Of a DNA stretch of 64,000 nt, positions 38,671 through 47,841 are shown piece after piece. The stretch is from positions 972-64,971 of the forward strand of contig CADBNW010000060.1 in the NCBI GenBank assembly GCA_902796025.1, in the 5' to 3' direction. Both the position numbers and the translations under genes were made by a program. A model generated the notes under the pieces. It was not told where the DNA came from. It searched no databases and was given only the letters and a program-made list of their open reading frames with translations. This DNA is from an uncultured Eubacteriales bacterium. GTDB taxonomy: Bacteria; Bacillota; Clostridia; Christensenellales; Aristaeellaceae. Each line of letters starts with the position of its first letter. Within the stretch, counting starts at the first letter, position 1.

Positions 38671-40942
38671 CGCGCTTAGGCGCTTTGCCGATCGGCGCAA
38701 AAGCGTCACACTGTCGCTTTTTGCGCTGCTTGGCTGCGCGTGCGCCAGTGCAGGCAGGCTCGCTTCGGCTGCCGCGCTGCTTTTTGCCCTTTTCTGCGCC
38801 CTTGCCGCGATAAAGCTTCGCCGCCTTCGAAGAACGCTGCTCCCCGGCCTTATTGCGCTAAGTCTGTTCACCTGCTGGTACGCAGTAAACGACCGCGTCC
38901 CGCCGCTCCCAGCGGAGGGGAAATACCCTCTCAGCGCCACCGTATCCGGCGTCCCGCTTGCGCAGACGGGAAAGCACCGCACGGTCGTCACATTAAAAAA
39001 CGCCCAAATAGACGGGCAGCGCATCCCGGGGTGCGTCCGCATGTACATCTACGGAAGCGCGCCAAGCCTCATCGAGGGCGACCGGGTGCACTTTGACGAA
39101 GCTAAACTAAGCCTGCCCTCCTCGCGCCAAAATCCCGGCGGCTTCGACTTTGCAGCATACTTAAAGCGCCGCGGCGTTTTTCTTTGCGCAAGCGCGCAGG
39201 GCGTGGATACAGCGCTTGCAGGCGCGGCCTTCTCCCCCATGCGCGCGCTCACCCTCGCGCGGCAAAGCCTGTCGGATACGGCAGATCAGATCTTTGCTTC
39301 TGACGCGGACGTCATAAAGGCCGTGCTGCTTGGCGATCGCAGCGATCTTGACGACGCGCTGTACAACGATTTTTCCACAAGCGGCCTAAGCCACCTGATC
39401 GCCCTGTCCGGCCTGCACGTAAGCGCCATCGCGCTGTTGCTCGAAGCGCTGTTAAAGCTTCTAAGGCTCCCCCGCGGCCCAAGGTTTGCCCTCACCCTTA
39501 TTGCGCTTACCGTCTATACGCTGATGACGGGCGCAAGCTCCTCCACCGTGCGCGCGGTGGTGATGTACGCGCTTTTGTGCGCGGGGCTCCTGCTTGGATA
39601 CCGCGTAGACACGCTCACCCGCCTTGCGCTGTCGCTTCTGATCCAGCTTGCGGCAAATCCCCTGCTGATCGGCGACACCGGCTTTGTCCTGTCCTACGCC
39701 TCGGTCACCGGCATCCTTTGCTTTGCGGACGCAGCAGAGCTTCGGCAAAAGGGCATTTGGGCTAAATTGCTAAGCGGCGCGCGCACCTCGTTTTCCGCGC
39801 AGGTGTTCACTTATCCGCTGCTTGCCGGCTTTTTCTACACTGTGCCCCTCCTGGGCGTACCGGTAAACGCGCTGTGCGTCCCGCTGGCGCTTGCGGGCGT
39901 GTATCTTGGCGCGGGGGCGCTGCTGGCAGGTGTCATATATGCCCCCGTTGGCGCCGTCGCCGCCGTTCCCGCGCGCTTAATCTGGAGCGCCATCAAATGG
40001 GCGGGCGCGCGCGTCGCCTCCTGGCCCTTTTCCGCCATCTACAGCGGAGCCTGGCCCTGGGCGCTCACCGCGGGATACCTTGTGCTGGCGTTTTTGTCAA
40101 GCGCCTACTTTACCGCCTCGCGGGATAAAAGGATCTACGGCCTTACGGCGCTCGTGCTCATTTGCGCGCTCACGCTTCTGCCCGCAGCGCCCATCGACCA
40201 CATGCAGGTGACGTTTCTGGACTGCGGCAACGCGGACGCCGCCGCGATCAACGCCCAGGGGCACACCTACCTTATCGACTGCGGCTCAGACAGCAGTGTC
40301 ACGGCGGACTACCTCATTTCCTCCCGCGCGGTGGTGAGCGGCATCTTTCTAACCCACGCGGACGCGGATCACTACGGCGGCATTTTCGACGTGCTCAGGC
40401 GCTATCCCAAAGCGCCCCTGTACCTTCCGGAATGTTGGGATCGCATGAGCGCGCCGGAGGAACTTAGTGACCTGCTCTACGGCAGAAACGTCCACTACCT
40501 GTGCCAGGGCGACAGCGTGACGCTCTCAGGCGACGTGCACTTGGAGATCCTTTGGCCTCCGGAGGGCTTTACGCCCCCCAACGACAACGACGGCTCGCTT
40601 GTTGCCCGCGTAATATACGAAGACTTCAGCCTGATCCTCTACGGCGATCTGACCAGCGCCTACGACGCGCTTTGCGCGCAGGATTCCGACGCCATCAAAA
40701 TCGCCCACCACGGCTCAAAGCACGCAAGCAGTCCCGAGATGCTCTCGCTCGTAAGCCCGAAGATCGCCATCATTTCCGTCGGCAATAATTCCTACGGGCA
40801 CCCGACGCCGGAGGTGCTGACAAGGCTTAAAGAGGTCGGAGCAAAGGTCTACCGCACGGACGAATCCGGAGCCATCCGCCTGGACGTACAGGCAAACGGA
40901 GACATACAGATCCAGCAATACGCACTTGGAGGCTTTTCATGA
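38603..40942 (+). CDS. comEC: DNA internalisation competence protein ComEC/Rec2
   Basis: 779 aa. The competence domain is LSHLIALSGLHVS, and multiple TM segments are present. The C-terminal MBL domain is FLDCGNADAA...THADADHYGG...HHGS. No in-frame ATG, GTG or TTG occurs downstream of 38606 until well inside the gene, so the 68-nt overlap with the upstream gene appears real. Confidence 0.85.
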   Translation: MMKRGRFSPLLTWPRRAAASLFDALRRFADRRKSVTLSLFALLGCACASAGRLASAAALLFALFCALAAIKLRRLRRTLLPGLIALSLFTCWYAVNDRVPPLPAEGKYPLSATVSGVPLAQTGKHRTVVTLKNAQIDGQRIPGCVRMYIYGSAPSLIEGDRVHFDEAKLSLPSSRQNPGGFDFAAYLKRRGVFLCASAQGVDTALAGAAFSPMRALTLARQSLSDTADQIFASDADVIKAVLLGDRSDLDDALYNDFSTSGLSHLIALSGLHVSAIALLLEALLKLLRLPRGPRFALTLIALTVYTLMTGASSSTVRAVVMYALLCAGLLLGYRVDTLTRLALSLLIQLAANPLLIGDTGFVLSYASVTGILCFADAAELRQKGIWAKLLSGARTSFSAQVFTYPLLAGFFYTVPLLGVPVNALCVPLALAGVYLGAGALLAGVIYAPVGAVAAVPARLIWSAIKWAGARVASWPFSAIYSGAWPWALTAGYLVLAFLSSAYFTASRDKRIYGLTALVLICALTLLPAAPIDHMQVTFLDCGNADAAAINAQGHTYLIDCGSDSSVTADYLISSRAVVSGIFLTHADADHYGGIFDVLRRYPKAPLYLPECWDRMSAPEELSDLLYGRNVHYLCQGDSVTLSGDVHLEILWPPEGFTPPNDNDGSLVARVIYEDFSLILYGDLTSAYDALCAQDSDAIKIAHHGSKHASSPEMLSLVSPKIAIISVGNNSYGHPTPEVLTRLKEVGAKVYRTDESGAIRLDVQANGDIQIQQYALGGFS

Positions 40943-42075
40943 CGGGAGAGGAATTTGGACGCCAACTCAAAGGCCGCGCGCTGTCCGGCCTGTACCTGTT
41001 TTACGGGCCGGAGGAATACGCAAAGCAGCGCGCCCTGAGCGCCCTGCGCGAAGCGCTTTTGCCCGCGGGGCTCGAGGCGCTAAATGAATCCATCCTCGAA
41101 AACCCCACGGCGGCGCAGATCTACGAAAGCGCGCTCGCCGTCCCCTTCATGTGCGATCAGCGCCTGGTGGTGGCTAAGGATCCCGCCTTTTTGCTGAAGG
41201 CCAAAGATGCAAAGCCGGACGAAAACGCTTCCGAGCAGCAAGACCCGGAGGATCCCGCCCAGCCGTCCCAGGAAAGCGCTCCCGAGCCCGCAGAGGCGCA
41301 GAGCGCGCAAAATGCCGAAAGCGGCAACGAAGCGCTTAAAATCATGCGCCAGCTGCTTAACGACAGTCTACCAAGCTGCGTGATCGTCCTCTACATCCGC
41401 GCAGACGCGATAGAAGACAGTGCGCTCAGCAAAAAGACGCTTTTCAGAAACATCGACGAAAAAAACAGGACCGTCAGCTTTGGACAGCTTACCCCTTCCC
41501 AATTGCAAAAGCTTTTGGAAAGCGAAAGCAAAAAGCGCGGCTGCGAGCTAAGCAGGGAGGCCTTTGAGGAGCTTACGGACTACGCCGGCCTTCTCGTGGA
41601 GCCGCTTTTGCTGGAGCTGGACAAGCTGTGCTCCTATCGGGGCAGCGGCCTTATCACCCCCGAGGACGTGCACACGGCGCTTACCCCCAATATCGAATCG
41701 GGCATCTTCAAGCTGATCGACGCCTTCATAGACAGAAAAACCAGTCTGGGCTATCTGATACTTGAGCGCATGCTGGAAGCCAACGAACCCGTGCCCCGCA
41801 TAAGCTTTATGATACTTCGCCAGATTCGCCTGATGGCCCACATAAAGTCGTTAACCTTAAACGGTATAAGCGTACCCGAAATCACACGCGTGCTGAGTCT
41901 GACGAGTGATCGACAGGTTAAAAATCCTCAGCGGCAGTGCGCCAGCCTGGACTTTACAAAGCTCGCCGACGCTTACCAGCGCGCCGTGCGCCTGCAGGCG
42001 CTGGCCAGAACCGGCCGTCTGTCAGAGAGAAACGCCCTCGACGAAATTCTGCTCGTACTGCAAACACTGAAATAA
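40939..42075 (+). CDS. holA: DNA polymerase III delta subunit, with acidic low-complexity insert
   Basis: 378 aa. The N-terminus is GLYLFYGPEEYAKQRAL. The gene is in its conserved position after comEC, and the ATG overlaps the comEC TGA. Confidence 0.85.
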   Translation: MTGEEFGRQLKGRALSGLYLFYGPEEYAKQRALSALREALLPAGLEALNESILENPTAAQIYESALAVPFMCDQRLVVAKDPAFLLKAKDAKPDENASEQQDPEDPAQPSQESAPEPAEAQSAQNAESGNEALKIMRQLLNDSLPSCVIVLYIRADAIEDSALSKKTLFRNIDEKNRTVSFGQLTPSQLQKLLESESKKRGCELSREAFEELTDYAGLLVEPLLLELDKLCSYRGSGLITPEDVHTALTPNIESGIFKLIDAFIDRKTSLGYLILERMLEANEPVPRISFMILRQIRLMAHIKSLTLNGISVPEITRVLSLTSDRQVKNPQRQCASLDFTKLADAYQRAVRLQALARTGRLSERNALDEILLVLQTLK

Positions 42076-42130
42076 TTTCGGGAACAAAACCGATCTCCTG
42101 TGCGCCTAAGCAAACGAAGGAGTGGTATCG

Positions 42131-42610
42131 ATGATGAAAAGGATGCTGTGTTTCCTAATGGCACTTACGCTTTCTGTGCTATTTACAGGCCAGGCCCTGG
42201 GACAGGCGCAAAGCCTTCCGCCGGACGAGGTCTTTGAAAGCGCCCGCGAGGCGCTGGTACTGCTAAGCAACCGGCAGTTCGACGCGGCCTCCCAGCTGCT
42301 GGGTTCAAAAATCAGCGCTTCAGCCCTGCGCAAGGAGATCGACGCAAACTGCAAATGGCTGTACTCCATTTTTGTGCAAAACGAGATCGCCGTTGCCTGG
42401 ATCAGCTCCGGCCAACTGTACCTTGCAGTGCCCTTCGAGCAGCCGGCAGACGGTTATGTGGACGCCCTGGTCTTCAGCCTTAATGAAAATTTTGAATTTA
42501 CCGGCGCAAAGCACTTTGTCTGGTCTGACGTCAGCCAAAGCTTTTCCGAATCTGCCCAGGTCAGGTGGCACCTGCCCTACACGCCGGAGTACTCGATCTT
42601 CGTGGACTAA
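42131..42610 (+). CDS. Secreted hypothetical protein
   Basis: The ATG at 42131 lies 8 nt after GAAGGAG. The signal peptide is MMKRMLCFLMALTLSVLFTGQALG. I recognised no motif. Confidence 0.65.
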   Translation: MMKRMLCFLMALTLSVLFTGQALGQAQSLPPDEVFESAREALVLLSNRQFDAASQLLGSKISASALRKEIDANCKWLYSIFVQNEIAVAWISSGQLYLAVPFEQPADGYVDALVFSLNENFEFTGAKHFVWSDVSQSFSESAQVRWHLPYTPEYSIFVD

Positions 42611-42618
42611 ACAGGCAT

Positions 42619-42648
42619 AAAAAAGCGCTTCCACAAAAGTGAAAGCGC
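42619..42648 (-). terminator. Intrinsic terminator after tRNA-Leu(CAA)
   Basis: The minus strand reads GCGCTTTC-acttttgt-GGAAGCGC followed by TTTTTT. Confidence 0.6.
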
Positions 42649-42650
42649 GA

Positions 42651-42735
42651 TGCCGGTGGCGGGGGTCGAACCCGCACGGGTGATGAGCCCAACGGATTTT
42701 GAGTCCGCCTCGTCTGCCAATTCCAACACACCGGC
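42651..42735 (-). tRNA. tRNA-Leu (anticodon CAA)
   Basis: The minus strand reads GCCGGTGTGTTGGAATTGGCAGACGAGGCGGACTCAAAATCCGTTGGGCTCATCACCCGTGCGGGTTCGACCCCCGCCACCGGCA. Acceptor pairing is GCCGGTG/CACCGGC, the anticodon loop is CT-CAA-AA, a long variable arm is present, and the T-loop is GGTTCGA. Confidence 0.92.
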
Positions 42736-42746
42736 AAACAAGCAAT

Positions 42747-42775
42747 ATTATACACGCCCGCCGCGGCAAATGCAA
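42747..42775 (-). promoter_or_regulatory. Promoter for tRNA-Leu(CAA): TTGCAT, 17-nt spacer, TATAAT
   Basis: On the minus strand, TTGCAT is at 42775-42770 and TATAAT at 42752-42747, about 11 nt upstream of the tRNA 5' end. Confidence 0.65.
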
Positions 42776-42820
42776 GTGCCTGCGGCAATAAAAAAATGTA
42801 AAGAACGACAGGTGAATCAT

Positions 42821-43384
42821 TTGCAAGCCGAGCAGTTAAGTCTGATCCAGCGCGCCGCCAGCGGCGACAGCGCGGCCTTCGAGGCCCTGGTCATGCCTCA
42901 CGAAAAAATGATGTACGCGCTCGCGCTGCGCCTGTGCCGCGAGCCGGAGGACGCCAAGGACTGCATGCAGGAGGCGATGCTGCGCATTTACCGCAGCCTG
43001 CGCTCCTTTCGCGGCGATTCCTCCCTCTCCACCTGGATCTACAGGATCGTAAACAACGTCTGCCTCGACAGCCACCGAAGGCGCAAGGTGCGCTCCGCAG
43101 AATCGCTCGACCAACTCAGCGAGGACGGGTGGAATCCCGCCGATCCCCAGATCGGGCCGGAGGCCTCGCTGGAAAACCAGATGCTGAAGGCCGCCCTCGC
43201 CCGGGGCATCCGCGCCCTGCCGGACGGCATCCGCGAGGCGGTCATCATGCGCGACGTAAACGGCCTAAGCTACGAGGAGATCGCCGACGCGCTCGACATC
43301 AACATCGGCACCGTCAAAAGCCGCATCAACCGTGGCCGCGAAAAACTGCGAAACTTTTTGCAGGAATCGGGCGAACTTTCTTAG
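42821..43384 (+). CDS. ECF-type RNA polymerase sigma-70 family factor
   Basis: LIQRAASGDSAAFEALV...STWIYRIVNNVCLDSHRRRK (region 2) and LSYEEIADALDINIGTVKSRINRGREKL (region 4 HTH) are present. The track start at 42650 overlaps the tRNA and its promoter, so I chose the in-frame TTG at 42821. GTG at 42812 is also possible. Confidence 0.8.
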   Translation: MQAEQLSLIQRAASGDSAAFEALVMPHEKMMYALALRLCREPEDAKDCMQEAMLRIYRSLRSFRGDSSLSTWIYRIVNNVCLDSHRRRKVRSAESLDQLSEDGWNPADPQIGPEASLENQMLKAALARGIRALPDGIREAVIMRDVNGLSYEEIADALDINIGTVKSRINRGREKLRNFLQESGELS

Positions 43385-43425
43385 TTCCCATGCGTCATAA
43401 TGTACGGAGGTGCAGTTAAACCGAT

Positions 43426-44505
43426 ATGAAGCAGCAATTTACAGATCAGCAAATCTCCGACATGCTGCGCGGCATGGACGAATTTGTAAGCGTGCCCCGG
43501 GACGTCACGCGCGCCTGGCAAAGCGCGGTGCGCCGCGAAAGCAAAAGCCACAAGCTGCGCCGCAGGGTGACCTGGGCCATAGAGCTTGCCGCCGCGTTTC
43601 TTTTGGTGATCGGGCTTACGGCCTTTACCCGAGGCTTCACGGCCCTTGAAAGCAGCCGTCCCAACGCGTCGGAGGCCGGCGTAAAATATATGTACCTTGC
43701 CTCAAGCGAAACTCCCGCTCTCCTTGGCAGCGACAATAGCGCCTCCGCCCTCCTCCAGGAGGACGACGGTCTGCTGCTTACCCAGACCACCGGCGCCGCG
43801 CTGGCGGCGCAGGGCGAGGCGGGCCATCTGCTCAGCGCAAATCCCGCGTCTGACACAAGCGAAACCGAAGAAAGCGCCTTTGACGGCGATCAGCCCATCC
43901 GCTACGCGCAGGCAGCCATCCGCACCGGTGACACCGCCCAGGCAGGCCAGATGCTGCGCACGGTCCTTGGGGGCTTTGACGCCTCCATCGCCGAGGAAAG
44001 CAGCCGCGTCACCGGCGGCGTCAGCAGCGTAAGCGGCGTCATCCGCGTATCCTCCTACCAGCTGGACAGCCTGATCGAGGCTTTGAAAAACTGCTTTGAC
44101 GACATCGACTTAAGCGTCCGCTCGATCGACCCCGCCGAAGTCAGCCAAAGCGTTCACGAGCGCACCGAGGCCGCCTACGCCGCGATCGATCATCTGAACG
44201 CCCTGATGGATACGGCGGACCCGGAGCAAATGCATCAGCTCTACGCCCAGATCAATCAGCTCTACGACGACATCGACAGCTACCGCGCAGACGCGCAGGC
44301 CTCCATGGCGGGCGATGGCTGGTCGGCGGTGTTCTACACCATCCGCGCGCAGGAAAAGGGCGTGCTTGCGCTGGGCTTTACGGGCGGCGCTGGCTCCTTC
44401 GCGCTGGACGCGGCAAAGACGCTTGCCCTGCTTCTGCCCGTGATCGCGCTTACCGCCCTGATCACCTGGCAACTAAGCCGCAAAAAGAGCCGCGTCAGCG
44501 CCTGA
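43426..44505 (+). CDS. Putative anti-sigma factor, single-pass membrane protein with DUF4349-like extracytoplasmic domain
   Basis: The gene sits directly after the ECF sigma gene. A TM segment lies at about aa 55-75, and a C-terminal TM plus a basic tail is present. The central part follows a coiled-coil/DUF4349-like pattern. Confidence 0.6.
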   Translation: MKQQFTDQQISDMLRGMDEFVSVPRDVTRAWQSAVRRESKSHKLRRRVTWAIELAAAFLLVIGLTAFTRGFTALESSRPNASEAGVKYMYLASSETPALLGSDNSASALLQEDDGLLLTQTTGAALAAQGEAGHLLSANPASDTSETEESAFDGDQPIRYAQAAIRTGDTAQAGQMLRTVLGGFDASIAEESSRVTGGVSSVSGVIRVSSYQLDSLIEALKNCFDDIDLSVRSIDPAEVSQSVHERTEAAYAAIDHLNALMDTADPEQMHQLYAQINQLYDDIDSYRADAQASMAGDGWSAVFYTIRAQEKGVLALGFTGGAGSFALDAAKTLALLLPVIALTALITWQLSRKKSRVSA

Positions 44506-44548
44506 TAGGCCCCGATCCTCTCGGAAACCTCATCCCGATGTAAATTTC

Positions 44549-44589
44549 GCAATAAGAATTCGGAAATCCGCCGAATTCTTATTGCTTTT
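44549..44589 (+). terminator. Intrinsic terminator (perfect 15-bp stem)
   Basis: GCAATAAGAATTCGG-aaatc-CCGAATTCTTATTGC followed by TTTT. Confidence 0.85.
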
Positions 44590-44696
44590 CTCGGCTCATA
44601 AGATTATAATTGCATTAACAAATTAAACTTGATAAAATCAATTTAACCATTCATATACATTCAGCCTGCCTGGCTGCCAAAGAAGGAGAATGCGGC

Positions 44697-45926
44697 ATGG
44701 TTCTTAGCAAAGACGAGGTCCAGCTTTTGCGCAGCCTTGCAGCGCAATTAAAGACGTTTGCCCTTGAGCACGCCGCCTCCGGCCGCCGCCAGCGCTGGGA
44801 AAGGCACAACAGCCTGCAGCCTGAGCGCCCTCTGTTTTTGGCTGATCAGCTTCCCTGGAACGAGCTGTCCTCCGCGTGCATGCCCGAAAACGCCGTCATT
44901 ATGGATCCCTACTGGCGGCGGGTGGAGATCTGGATGCGCCGCGAGATATGGAAGGCAGAAAACCTTCGCACCGACATGGTCGTCGATCCCTACGTCAAGC
45001 TTCCCGTTCCCTACCGCAATTCCGGGCGTGGGATCGTAAGCAAGGTGACCGAGCTCAAGCTCGACAAAAGCGGCGACGTGGCCAGCCAGCAAATGCAGGC
45101 TGTCCTGTGCGAGCCCGAGGACATAGACAAAATCAAAACCCCCGTCATCGAAGCGCTGCCGGATCTAACCGCCCGCGTCACAAGCGAGGCGGACGAGATC
45201 TTCGGCACCATCCTCCCCTGGCGCTTTACCGGACCCGTCATGCACCTTGGCGCGTGGGACAACATCGCCTATTGGATGGGCGTTGAAAATCTCTATATCG
45301 AATTGATCGACCGCCCCGAAATGATGCACGCCATCATGGAGCGCATGGTCGAAACCTATTTTGCCGAGGCCGAGCAGTATAACCGCCTGAAGCTTTACGA
45401 TACCGCGGAAAACTACTGCCACTGCTCCCAGACCTATATGCCCGGCGAAGATCCCGAGCGGGAGCACACGAGCTATAACGGCTGGGCCTTCGGCCTTGCG
45501 CAGCCCTTTACCTCCGTTTCGCCCAAGGTGACGCAGGAATTTGAATGCGCCTACATGCAGCGCGTCTTTCCCCTCTTCAAAAACATCTATTACGGCTGCT
45601 GTGACCGTTTGGACGACCGTTTGGAGATGGTAAGCGCTCTGCCGAACGTGCGCAAGATCTCCTGTTCCCCCTGGAGCCAGCGGGAGGCCTTTGCCGAAAA
45701 GCTGCCCTCTAACATCATCATGAGCAATAAGCCAAGTCCCGCCTTCCTGGCCGAGGACAGTCTGAACGAAGACGAGGTACGAAAGGACATCCGCCGCACG
45801 GTAAACGCAGCCGCGCGCTACGGCAAAAAGCTCGAGTTGATTTTGAAGGACGTCTCCACCGTGCGCTACGACGTAAACCGTCTAAAGCGCTTTTGCCAAA
45901 TCGTCATGGAGGAAATCGGCGCGTAA
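44697..45926 (+). CDS. Uroporphyrinogen-decarboxylase-like (URO-D/MtaA superfamily) protein, function unknown
   Basis: 409 aa. The C-terminal half (YGCCDRLDDRLEMVSALPNVRKISCSPWS...IIMSNKPSPAFL...ELILKDVSTV) resembles the URO-D barrel pattern. This assignment is by eye only. The gene leads the ABC operon. Confidence 0.4.
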   Translation: MVLSKDEVQLLRSLAAQLKTFALEHAASGRRQRWERHNSLQPERPLFLADQLPWNELSSACMPENAVIMDPYWRRVEIWMRREIWKAENLRTDMVVDPYVKLPVPYRNSGRGIVSKVTELKLDKSGDVASQQMQAVLCEPEDIDKIKTPVIEALPDLTARVTSEADEIFGTILPWRFTGPVMHLGAWDNIAYWMGVENLYIELIDRPEMMHAIMERMVETYFAEAEQYNRLKLYDTAENYCHCSQTYMPGEDPEREHTSYNGWAFGLAQPFTSVSPKVTQEFECAYMQRVFPLFKNIYYGCCDRLDDRLEMVSALPNVRKISCSPWSQREAFAEKLPSNIIMSNKPSPAFLAEDSLNEDEVRKDIRRTVNAAARYGKKLELILKDVSTVRYDVNRLKRFCQIVMEEIGA

Positions 45927-45955
45927 AAACGCGCCTGTATGGGAGGTGACCGCCT

Positions 45956-46909
45956 GTGACCGCCAGCGCCCATCCCAAAAAGCGCTTGCTTCCCCCTGCC
46001 CTGCGCGAATTTCGGGGCTACATAAAGTATTGGGACCTGTGCCTTATGCTTTTGCCCGTCATCGCCTACTTCGTCATTTTCAAGTACATTCCCATGGGCG
46101 GCATCGTGATCGCCTTCAAGGATTACAAGCTGGGGCTTGGCATCTCCGGCAGCGCCTGGGTGGGACTTGAAAACTTCATTCAGGCCTTCCGCACCCGCTT
46201 TTTCATCCGCTCCATCCGCAATACCCTGATCATCAGCGTCTTAAAGCTCGCCGTGGGCTTCCCCGCGCCGATCATTCTGGCGCTCATGCTAAACGAAGTT
46301 CGCCACTCCCTCTATAAGCGCGTCGTTCAGACCATCAGTTACCTTCCCCACTTCTTAAGCTGGGTCATCATGGCCGGCATCCTCACGCAGTTGCTATCGC
46401 CAAACAACGGCGCGGTCAACGCCCTGCTCAAAAACTGGTTTGGGCAAAAGGAGAGCATCTCCTTTTTGCTGGACAACACCTATTTCCGCCAGACCGTCGT
46501 GCTGAGCGACGTATGGAAGGGCGTTGGCTGGGGCTCCATACTGTACCTTGCCACCATCAGCTCCATCGACCCCACCCTGTACGAAGCCGCCATCTGCGAC
46601 GGCGCAAGCCGCCCCCAGCGAGTGCGCTACATCACCCTTCCCTCTATTTTGCCCACCATCACGATCATGCTGATCCTGAACCTCGGCAGCATCCTGGACG
46701 CGGGCTTTGACCAGATTCTGAACCTCTACTCCTCCGCCGTCTATGAGACCGGCGACATCATCGACACCTACGTCTACCGCGTGGGCCTTGTGGACTGGAA
46801 CTACAAGCTCTCTACCGCCATTGGCCTTTTCAAAAACCTGATCGGCTTTATCCTGGTGGTAACGACAAACGCCGTCGCCAAGCGCATCGGCGGAAACGGC
46901 ATCTGGTAG
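45956..46909 (+). CDS. Sugar ABC transporter permease (LplB/YteP type)
   Basis: 317 aa. GTG start after GGGAGG. FKDYKLG and SYLPHFLSWVIMAG are present, with the EAA loop YEAAICDGASRPQRVRYITLPSILPT. Confidence 0.88.
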   Translation: MTASAHPKKRLLPPALREFRGYIKYWDLCLMLLPVIAYFVIFKYIPMGGIVIAFKDYKLGLGISGSAWVGLENFIQAFRTRFFIRSIRNTLIISVLKLAVGFPAPIILALMLNEVRHSLYKRVVQTISYLPHFLSWVIMAGILTQLLSPNNGAVNALLKNWFGQKESISFLLDNTYFRQTVVLSDVWKGVGWGSILYLATISSIDPTLYEAAICDGASRPQRVRYITLPSILPTITIMLILNLGSILDAGFDQILNLYSSAVYETGDIIDTYVYRVGLVDWNYKLSTAIGLFKNLIGFILVVTTNAVAKRIGGNGIW

Positions 46910-46919
46910 GAGGCGCGCT

Positions 46920-47798
46920 ATGAAAAAAGAACGCTTTTCCCTGGGCGACGCGCTGATTTACCTGTTGCTCGGCCTTCTGTGCCTTACGATCGTGTTTGCG
47001 TTTTTACACCTTGCCAGCATTTCCCTGTCTCCCAACTACGTTGCGACCAAGGGTGGCCTTCTGCTTTTCCCAAAGGATCTAACATTTGATAACTACCTTA
47101 AGGTCTTCAAAAACCGCTACATCTGGCTGGGCTACAAAAACACGCTCATCCGTACCCTCGCGGGCACGACGCTGCAGCTCATTTTTACCGCGCTTGGCGC
47201 GTACGTGCTGAGCAAAAAGTACTTTCCCCACCGCAGCTTTTGGACGCTGGTGATCGTATTTACCATGTTCTTTTCCGGCGGTCTCATCCCAACGTTTTTG
47301 CTGGTAAAGCGCCTGGGACTTGTGGACACCTACGCTTCGATGATCCTGCCTGGCCTCGTCAGCGCCTATAACCTTACGATCATGCGCAATTACTTTCAGT
47401 CCCTGCCCGAAGAGATCGAGGAAAGCTGCATGATCGACGGTGCCGGCCGCATGCGCATCTTCTGGCAGTTCATTTTGCCCCTGTCCACGCCCATCCTGGC
47501 CACCGTCGCCCTGTGGCTTGCGGTCGGCCACTGGAACGCCTGGTTCGACGTGCTCATCTACGTCTCGGACAAAAACAAGCGCACCTTGCAGGTCGTTCTC
47601 AGAAACATCATCGTGACCGGCACGCAGGAGCTGGATTCCGACGCCTCCGCGCACTCCGTTGCGGACGAGCCCCTGGTCAGCTCCGAGGGCCTCAAGGCCG
47701 CAAGCATCTACGTCGCCACCATCCCGATCCTTTGCGTTTACCCCTTCCTGCAGCGCTATTTCGTAAAGGGCATCATGGTGGGTTCCCTGAAAGGTTAA
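46920..47798 (+). CDS. Carbohydrate ABC transporter permease (LplC type)
   Basis: 292 aa. The EAA loop is EESCMIDGAGRMRIFWQFILPLSTP. Confidence 0.88.
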   Translation: MKKERFSLGDALIYLLLGLLCLTIVFAFLHLASISLSPNYVATKGGLLLFPKDLTFDNYLKVFKNRYIWLGYKNTLIRTLAGTTLQLIFTALGAYVLSKKYFPHRSFWTLVIVFTMFFSGGLIPTFLLVKRLGLVDTYASMILPGLVSAYNLTIMRNYFQSLPEEIEESCMIDGAGRMRIFWQFILPLSTPILATVALWLAVGHWNAWFDVLIYVSDKNKRTLQVVLRNIIVTGTQELDSDASAHSVADEPLVSSEGLKAASIYVATIPILCVYPFLQRYFVKGIMVGSLKG

Positions 47799-47841
47799 AC
47801 GCCACGGGCGTTGACACCATAGAAAAAAGGAGGATAAAAAC

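Noticed and set aside
42650-42820. 5' extension of the sigma-factor ORF (track start 42650).
   Set aside because: It would read through tRNA-Leu(CAA) and its promoter on the opposite strand. The conserved sigma region 2 begins after the in-frame GTG/TTG at 42812/42821.
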